Source: Alkalilimnicola ehrlichii MLHE-1
Lineage (GTDB): Bacteria > Pseudomonadota > Gammaproteobacteria > Nitrococcales > Halorhodospiraceae
DNA: 32,000 nucleotides
Assembly (NCBI RefSeq): GCF_000014785.1
Contig: NC_008340.1
Coordinates: forward strand, 2,160,001-2,192,000
Direction: 5' to 3'
The stretch's first letter is position 1. Each line of letters begins with the position of its first letter. The position numbers and the translations under genes are program-made. This document shows, in pieces, positions 27,407-32,000 of the stretch. The notes under the pieces are model-generated. The model saw only the letters and a list, made by a program, of their open reading frames with translations, ran no database searches and was not told the DNA's origin.

Positions 27407-27994
27407 ATGAGCAAGCGAATCCATCAACCCCTGAGTGAACGACGCGCCTCGGCGCCGGTCACGGACAGCCGCTATGCGCCCGTCTACCGTCTGAACACTA
27501 CCGGGGCGGTGAACCGCCAGCTCTGGCAACATCCCGGCCGCCGCGCTGCGGACATCCCGGCCGAGGCCGTGAACCATGATCCGAACCTCACCACGCCGTC
27601 CCGCGTGGGCCATACGGTGCCGCCCGCTGTTCGGCTGCTGACACGTTCGGTGCTGCTGCAGGTGGCCCGCGAACGACGCCTGATTTCGGAAAGCGAGCTG
27701 TTGCGGGCTCTCCGCCGCCAGGTGCCGGAGGCCAGCCACAGCAGCGTGGACCGGGCCCTTGAGGCCGCGGTAGAGGATGACGGGCACAGCGGCCGTCCGC
27801 TGCTGGCCTCACTGGTGACCGACGACAGCCGCGCCTGGCCCTGGCCCGGGCTGGTGGACGGGTTGGTGCGGTTCCGCCGCCCCCTGCCTCAGACCGAGCT
27901 GGAAGACTGGCCGTTGCGGGCCACCACCGAGCGGCTCGCCGCGCTGGATTACTACGCTGCCCGCCGGGTGCCCATATCGGAGCTGGCGGGCTGA
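27407..27994 (+). CDS. Hypothetical protein
   Basis: 195 aa ORF in an intergenic gap, followed by a rho-independent terminator; no family recognised. Confidence 0.65.
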   Translation: MSKRIHQPLSERRASAPVTDSRYAPVYRLNTTGAVNRQLWQHPGRRAADIPAEAVNHDPNLTTPSRVGHTVPPAVRLLTRSVLLQVARERRLISESELLRALRRQVPEASHSSVDRALEAAVEDDGHSGRPLLASLVTDDSRAWPWPGLVDGLVRFRRPLPQTELEDWPLRATTERLAALDYYAARRVPISELAG

Positions 27995-28062
27995 CCGCCC
28001 CATCCAACGCACAGGAGCACCCACGCCTGCTCTCCTCCGGCGGCCATCAAGGGCTGCCATTT

Positions 28063-28087
28063 CCCCCCGGCTCGGGGGGATTTTTTT
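28063..28087 (+). terminator. Rho-independent terminator
   Basis: CCCCCC GGCTC GGGGGG A TTTTTTT. Confidence 0.88.
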
Positions 28088-28098
28088 ATCCGGTCCTT

Positions 28099-29223
28099 TC
28101 AGCGGGTGGCGGGTTGTGGGTCCGGCTCCGGCGCCATCAGGTGGATACCGTCGGCCAGCAGCGAGACCCGCGCCTCCTCCCCCGGCGCCAAGCCGTTGCG
28201 CCGGGCGGCGTGGGTGCCCACCGTGAAGTTGAGGGGGGCCCCCCCCGAAAGGCTCAGGGTGACGCTGGTCTGCTCGCCCAGCACCACCAGCTCGCGCACC
28301 ACCCCGGCCACCGGGTTCTCCCGCTCGCCCAGGGAGGGCCGGCCGCGCCGGTGCAGCAGCACGTGGGAGGCCGGCGCCAGCCAGGTGACCTCGCTGCCCG
28401 GGGGAAAGCTCGGGTTATAGGTCGCCTCCAGGGTCTGACCCTGCCACTCCAGCCACAGCCGCCCGGTGGCGGCGTTGCTGGCGATCACCCGCCCACGGAA
28501 GAGGTTCTGGTGGCCGACCAGGCGGGCCACGTCGGCGGAGGCCGGGTGCAGCATCAACTCATCCGGCGGGGCGGTCTGCAGGGTAACCCCCCGGTGCAGC
28601 ACGGTGATCCGGTCCGCCAACCGCACCGCCTCGTCCAGGTCGTGAGTGACCAGCACCAACGGAATGGACAGATCGCTACGCAACAGGGCCAGCTCACGCT
28701 GCAGCTTGCGGCGGGTCACCTGGTCGACGGCAGAGAAGGGTTCGTCCATCAGCAGCACTTCTGGATCGCGTGCCAGCGCCCGGGCCAGGGCCACCCGCTG
28801 GCGCTGGCCTCCGGAAAGCTCCGACGGGTAGCGGTCTTCCAGGCCCTCCAGGTGCACCTGGGCGAGCAGCGCCGCCGCGCACGCCCGGCGCTGGGCCCGT
28901 GGCCGGTGGCCCATGGCGACCACCAGATTCTGTAGCGCGGTGAGATGGGGGAACAGGGCATAGTCCTGAAACACCACCCCCACTCGCCGGCGCTGGGGCG
29001 CCAGGCTGACGCCCCGGCCGGCGTCGAACCAGGTGACGCCGTTGCAGTCGATCCGGCCGGAGCTGGGCCGGTAGAGCCCGGCGATACTGCGCAACAGGGT
29101 TGTCTTGCCGCTGCCGGAGGGCCCCACCAGCGCCAGCAGCTCACCCGGCGCGCAGTCCAGCGCGGCGTTCAGCGGGATCGGCGCGGCCTGCCCCACCTGA
29201 ATGGCCAGCCCCTGCTCAGACAC
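28099..29223 (-). CDS. modC: Molybdate ABC transporter ATP-binding protein
   Basis: Walker A VGPSGSGKTTLL, LSGGQRQRVALARALARDPEVLLMDEPFSAVD; C-terminal TOBE-like domain; overlaps modB. Start taken as GTG 29223 (ATG 29259 possible). Confidence 0.9.
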   Translation of the reverse strand: MSEQGLAIQVGQAAPIPLNAALDCAPGELLALVGPSGSGKTTLLRSIAGLYRPSSGRIDCNGVTWFDAGRGVSLAPQRRRVGVVFQDYALFPHLTALQNLVVAMGHRPRAQRRACAAALLAQVHLEGLEDRYPSELSGGQRQRVALARALARDPEVLLMDEPFSAVDQVTRRKLQRELALLRSDLSIPLVLVTHDLDEAVRLADRITVLHRGVTLQTAPPDELMLHPASADVARLVGHQNLFRGRVIASNAATGRLWLEWQGQTLEATYNPSFPPGSEVTWLAPASHVLLHRRGRPSLGERENPVAGVVRELVVLGEQTSVTLSLSGGAPLNFTVGTHAARRNGLAPGEEARVSLLADGIHLMAPEPDPQPATR

Positions 29224-29884
29224 GCACCCCCCTCCGGCGCCCGGCCAGCCCGTAGACAATGCCGATGGTGATGAAGGAGATCAGCAGCAGCAGGACCGAC
29301 ATATTGCCCGCCGCCGCCTCGTCAAAGGCCTGCACCCGGTCGTAGATGGCGATGGCGATGGTCTTGGTCTCGCCGGAGATGCTGCCGCCGACCATGAGCA
29401 CCACGCCAAATTCACCCAGGGTATGGGCAAAGGTGAGGGCCACGGCGGAGATCAGCCCCGGCCAGGCCAAAGGGAGTTCCACCCGCCAGAACGTCTGCCA
29501 GGTGGACAGGCCGCTGCACCAGGCCGCCTCGCGCACTTCGTGGGGGATCGCCTCGAAGGCGCGCTGCAACGGCTGCACCGCAAAGGGCAGGTTGAAGATG
29601 ATGGAGGCGATCAGGATACCCTCGAAGGTGAAGACCAGGGTGCCGCCGGTGAGCCATTGCCAGAACTGCCCGATGGGCCAGTCACTGCCAAAGGCCACCA
29701 GCAGGTAGAACCCCAGCACCGTGGGCGGCAACACCAGCGGCAGCGCTACCAGGGCCTCGGCAAAACCGCGGCCACGGAAGCGGCGCCAGGCCAACTGCCG
29801 GGCCACGATGATGCCCACCGGGGTGAGCACCACGCAGGTCCAGAAGGCCAGCCACAGGGAGACCTCCAGTGCTTCCCAATCCAT
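29216..29884 (-). CDS. modB: Molybdate ABC transporter permease
   Basis: 222 aa; LVLPPTVLGFYLL, FAHTLGEFGVVLMVGG motifs. Confidence 0.95.
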   Translation of the reverse strand: MDWEALEVSLWLAFWTCVVLTPVGIIVARQLAWRRFRGRGFAEALVALPLVLPPTVLGFYLLVAFGSDWPIGQFWQWLTGGTLVFTFEGILIASIIFNLPFAVQPLQRAFEAIPHEVREAAWCSGLSTWQTFWRVELPLAWPGLISAVALTFAHTLGEFGVVLMVGGSISGETKTIAIAIYDRVQAFDEAAAGNMSVLLLLISFITIGIVYGLAGRRRGVRV

Positions 29885-29927
29885 TTACCGCGGCTCCTGC
29901 ATGTCGGGTCCGTTCCCGCTCCTCGCC

Positions 29928-30764
29928 TTAGTCCGGGTCCGGAGTGATGAATCCATACTCGGCCAACACCGCCCGGCCCGGGTCACTGAGGATAAAATCA
30001 TAGAAGGCCCGGGCGGTCTCCCCCGCCCCTTTCACCAGGGCCATGCGCTGGCGCAGAGGCTCGTGGTGATCTTCCGGGATGAGCGCCCAGTCGGAGCGCC
30101 GGTCCAGGGAGGGCGCCAGGGCCAGCGACCAGGCCACGATGCCGCCATCGGCGTCGGGTGACAAGGCGAACTGGGCGGCCTGGGAGACATTCTCGCCGAA
30201 CACCAGGTGCGGCTGGATGACCTCCCACAGGCCCGCGGACTGCAGCGCCTGCTTGGCGGCCACGCCGTAGGGGGCGTGCTCGGGGTTGGCGATGGCGAAG
30301 CGGCGGATCTCGCCGGCCTCCAGGGCCCCGGCCAGGGCGGCCAGCCCCGCCTCCGGGTCCAGCGACGCGCCCTGACGGGTGATGAGCACCACCCGGCCAA
30401 CCGCGTAGAGGTCACCGGCATCCTCCAGGTGACCGGACTCGTACAGGGCCTCCACATAGGCCTCGTCGGCGGACATGTAAAGCTCGAAGGGCGCCCCCTG
30501 GGCGATCTGGCGGCGGAAGTTGCCGGAGGAGCCGAAGTTGAGCCGCACCCGCTGGCCAGTCTCTTCGGTAAAGCGCGCCGCCAGATCCTCGATAGCGAAC
30601 TGCAGGTCCGAGGCCGCCGCCACCGTGGGCGGGCGCTGCGCCTGCGCCGGCCCGGTGACAAGCAGAGCGATCATCAAAAAAAGGCTCATCAGCCCGGCAA
30701 CCCCCACCACCTGCGCAATAGCCTCCCCGCCTTGGGGTTGCCCCCTGCATGGTGATCTCGTCAT
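29928..30764 (-). CDS. modA: Molybdate ABC transporter substrate-binding protein
   Basis: Signal peptide LMSLFLMIALLVTGPAQAQ then VAAASDLQFAIEDLAARFTEETG, NFGSSGNFRRQIAQGAPFELYMSAD; start uncertain. Confidence 0.93.
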   Translation of the reverse strand: MTRSPCRGQPQGGEAIAQVVGVAGLMSLFLMIALLVTGPAQAQRPPTVAAASDLQFAIEDLAARFTEETGQRVRLNFGSSGNFRRQIAQGAPFELYMSADEAYVEALYESGHLEDAGDLYAVGRVVLITRQGASLDPEAGLAALAGALEAGEIRRFAIANPEHAPYGVAAKQALQSAGLWEVIQPHLVFGENVSQAAQFALSPDADGGIVAWSLALAPSLDRRSDWALIPEDHHEPLRQRMALVKGAGETARAFYDFILSDPGRAVLAEYGFITPDPD

Positions 30765-30835
30765 TCCTTCTTTCCTCATCCAGCAAGCTTTGATCCCGAC
30801 GGACAGAGCTGTTCCACAGCGCGCCACCCGACTAT

Positions 30836-31624
30836 TCACCCCTGACCGACGGCACGCAATACACCGTTGGCGATCGCGGCGGGCCTTTCGGCAACCCCGT
30901 GCACATTGGTGCCTGCCGGCACCACCTCCACCGCTTTGCCCCCTGGGGCAACCCGGACGCCGTCACGCAGCACGCCCCGCACGATCCCGGTAACCGGGGC
31001 CCGCAACGGGCGGAGCCCCAGGTGGGCCACGGGCTCGCCGACATTCACCGGCTCACCGATTTGGCGTGCCCCCGCGATAACACCCGCGCACGGCGCATAG
31101 ACGTAGCGCTCGCGACCATAACCCTGGATCGAACGCGGCTCCCCGGCCAGCGGCCGCGTCCGACCGCGGTAAACAACCCGGCCCAGGTCTTTGCCCCAGG
31201 CAGTTTCTACGGCAACATCGACGTTCCGGCCGGCAGCAAAGTTCGGCCCCAGCCCGATCACCTGGGGCGCCAGGCCACGTTGGTCTTCGGGTTGGTCACG
31301 TTTGCGCATCCGGGCATCAACCAATAGCACAGGCTCCAGGACGGGCAGCAGTTCCTGGAGCGCGCACGCGGTTACCGCGATGAACCCACACGAGCGTCGC
31401 TGCCACCCCGGCATGCCATCAATGCAGCATGCGACCACCCCCTCGAGTTCGGATTCTCCGTCAAACAGCGCATCCGCAAACGCTTGGCCCCGCCGATGAA
31501 CGGCCGGCGCCGGGCGGTCCACCATGACGACCAAAAACCCGGCCTGATGCAGCGACAGAGCAACCGCCGACGCCACATCATTCACCCCCCTCACAATCGC
31601 CGTTCGCGTCCTTCCGTCCATCAC
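30836..31624 (-). CDS. yqeB: EF2563/YqeB-family molybdenum hydroxylase system protein
   Basis: VVMVDRPAPAVHRRGQAFADALF, VLLVDARMRKR, VIGLGPNFAAGRNVDVAVETAWGKDLGRVVYRG motifs. Confidence 0.75.
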   Translation of the reverse strand: MMDGRTRTAIVRGVNDVASAVALSLHQAGFLVVMVDRPAPAVHRRGQAFADALFDGESELEGVVACCIDGMPGWQRRSCGFIAVTACALQELLPVLEPVLLVDARMRKRDQPEDQRGLAPQVIGLGPNFAAGRNVDVAVETAWGKDLGRVVYRGRTRPLAGEPRSIQGYGRERYVYAPCAGVIAGARQIGEPVNVGEPVAHLGLRPLRAPVTGIVRGVLRDGVRVAPGGKAVEVVPAGTNVHGVAERPAAIANGVLRAVGQG

Positions 31625-31686
31625 GGTATCCCTGCCTGTGTAGCGGACTTTGCACCCAACTCGGGGCAGGCCCGCCTCGTAGCAAC

Positions 31687-31710
31687 CGCTATGTCACATA
31701 GGACATAGCG
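31687..31710. promoter_or_regulatory. Candidate ModE box upstream of yqeB-modABC
   Basis: CGCTATGT-N8-ACATAGCG perfect 8-8-8 palindrome; resembles the E. coli modA operator CGTTATAT-N8-ACATAACG. Confidence 0.75.
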
Positions 31711-31759
31711 TTAAGCAGCAATGTACCGGAAGGCTTCTGTGATTCCAAGCTCACTTCAG

Positions 31760-32000
31760 TTAGGCCCGGCGTCCGGGCTCGTGCAGCGCCAGTAAGTCCG
31801 CCAATTCCGCCTGGGCGGCCTCGCGAATTCGCGCCTCCAGCGCATCGTAGCGCTCGAGCAGGGCCTCACCCAGCGGGGTCAGGCGGGTTCCGCCGCCACC
31901 CCGGCCACCGGCAACGGTCTCGACCACGGGGTGCCCCAGCCCCTCGTTTATCGTGTTGAGCAGCATCCAGGCCCGCTTGTAGGGCATACCCATGGCCCGC
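31760..32000 (-). CDS. modE: ModE-type winged-helix transcriptional regulator (5' end outside window)
   Basis: MPYKRAWMLLNTINEGLGHPVVETVAGGRGGGGTRLTPLGEALLERYDALEARI, characteristic LysR-like ModE N-terminal domain. Confidence 0.85.
   Translation of the reverse strand, partial: RAMGMPYKRAWMLLNTINEGLGHPVVETVAGGRGGGGTRLTPLGEALLERYDALEARIREAAQAELADLLALHEPGRRA

Overview
Window of about 32 kb of high-GC gammaproteobacterial chromosome; the class is inferred from gene content (glcDEF, dnaK/dnaJ/grpE/hrcA, nadK-recN, fur-bamE, ratA-rnfH, smpB-ssrA), and an Ectothiorhodospiraceae-like host is only a guess. The left half is ordinary core genome. The right half is accessory: a PEP-CTERM protein directly followed by a regulatory-domain methyltransferase, an orphan M42 hydrolase, a zinc metallopeptidase, an AT-richer ATP-grasp gene, an EamA transporter, a MarR-like regulator with a Cys-rich tail, and a yqeB-modABC / modE molybdate block. 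No clearly new defence or mobile system is visible. The strongest unusual items are: (1) 24651-26622, a fossil urea-carboxylase/urea-ABC-transporter locus in which remnants of at least six genes survive in order but are each truncated or fused, including a chimera of two DUF1989 paralogs and a biotinyl-domain scrap that still contains ESMKME; (2) a near-consensus sigma54 -24/-12 element upstream of the PEP-CTERM gene; (3) an 8-8-8 ModE-box-like palindrome upstream of yqeB-modABC; (4) two sigma32-like promoters in the heat-shock cluster; (5) palindromic dispersed repeats at two loci in opposite orientation, with the same end tandemly amplified at both; (6) a transmembrane coiled-coil gene apparently split by a TG duplication. 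Family names are assigned by eye from recognised motifs; no database search was run.
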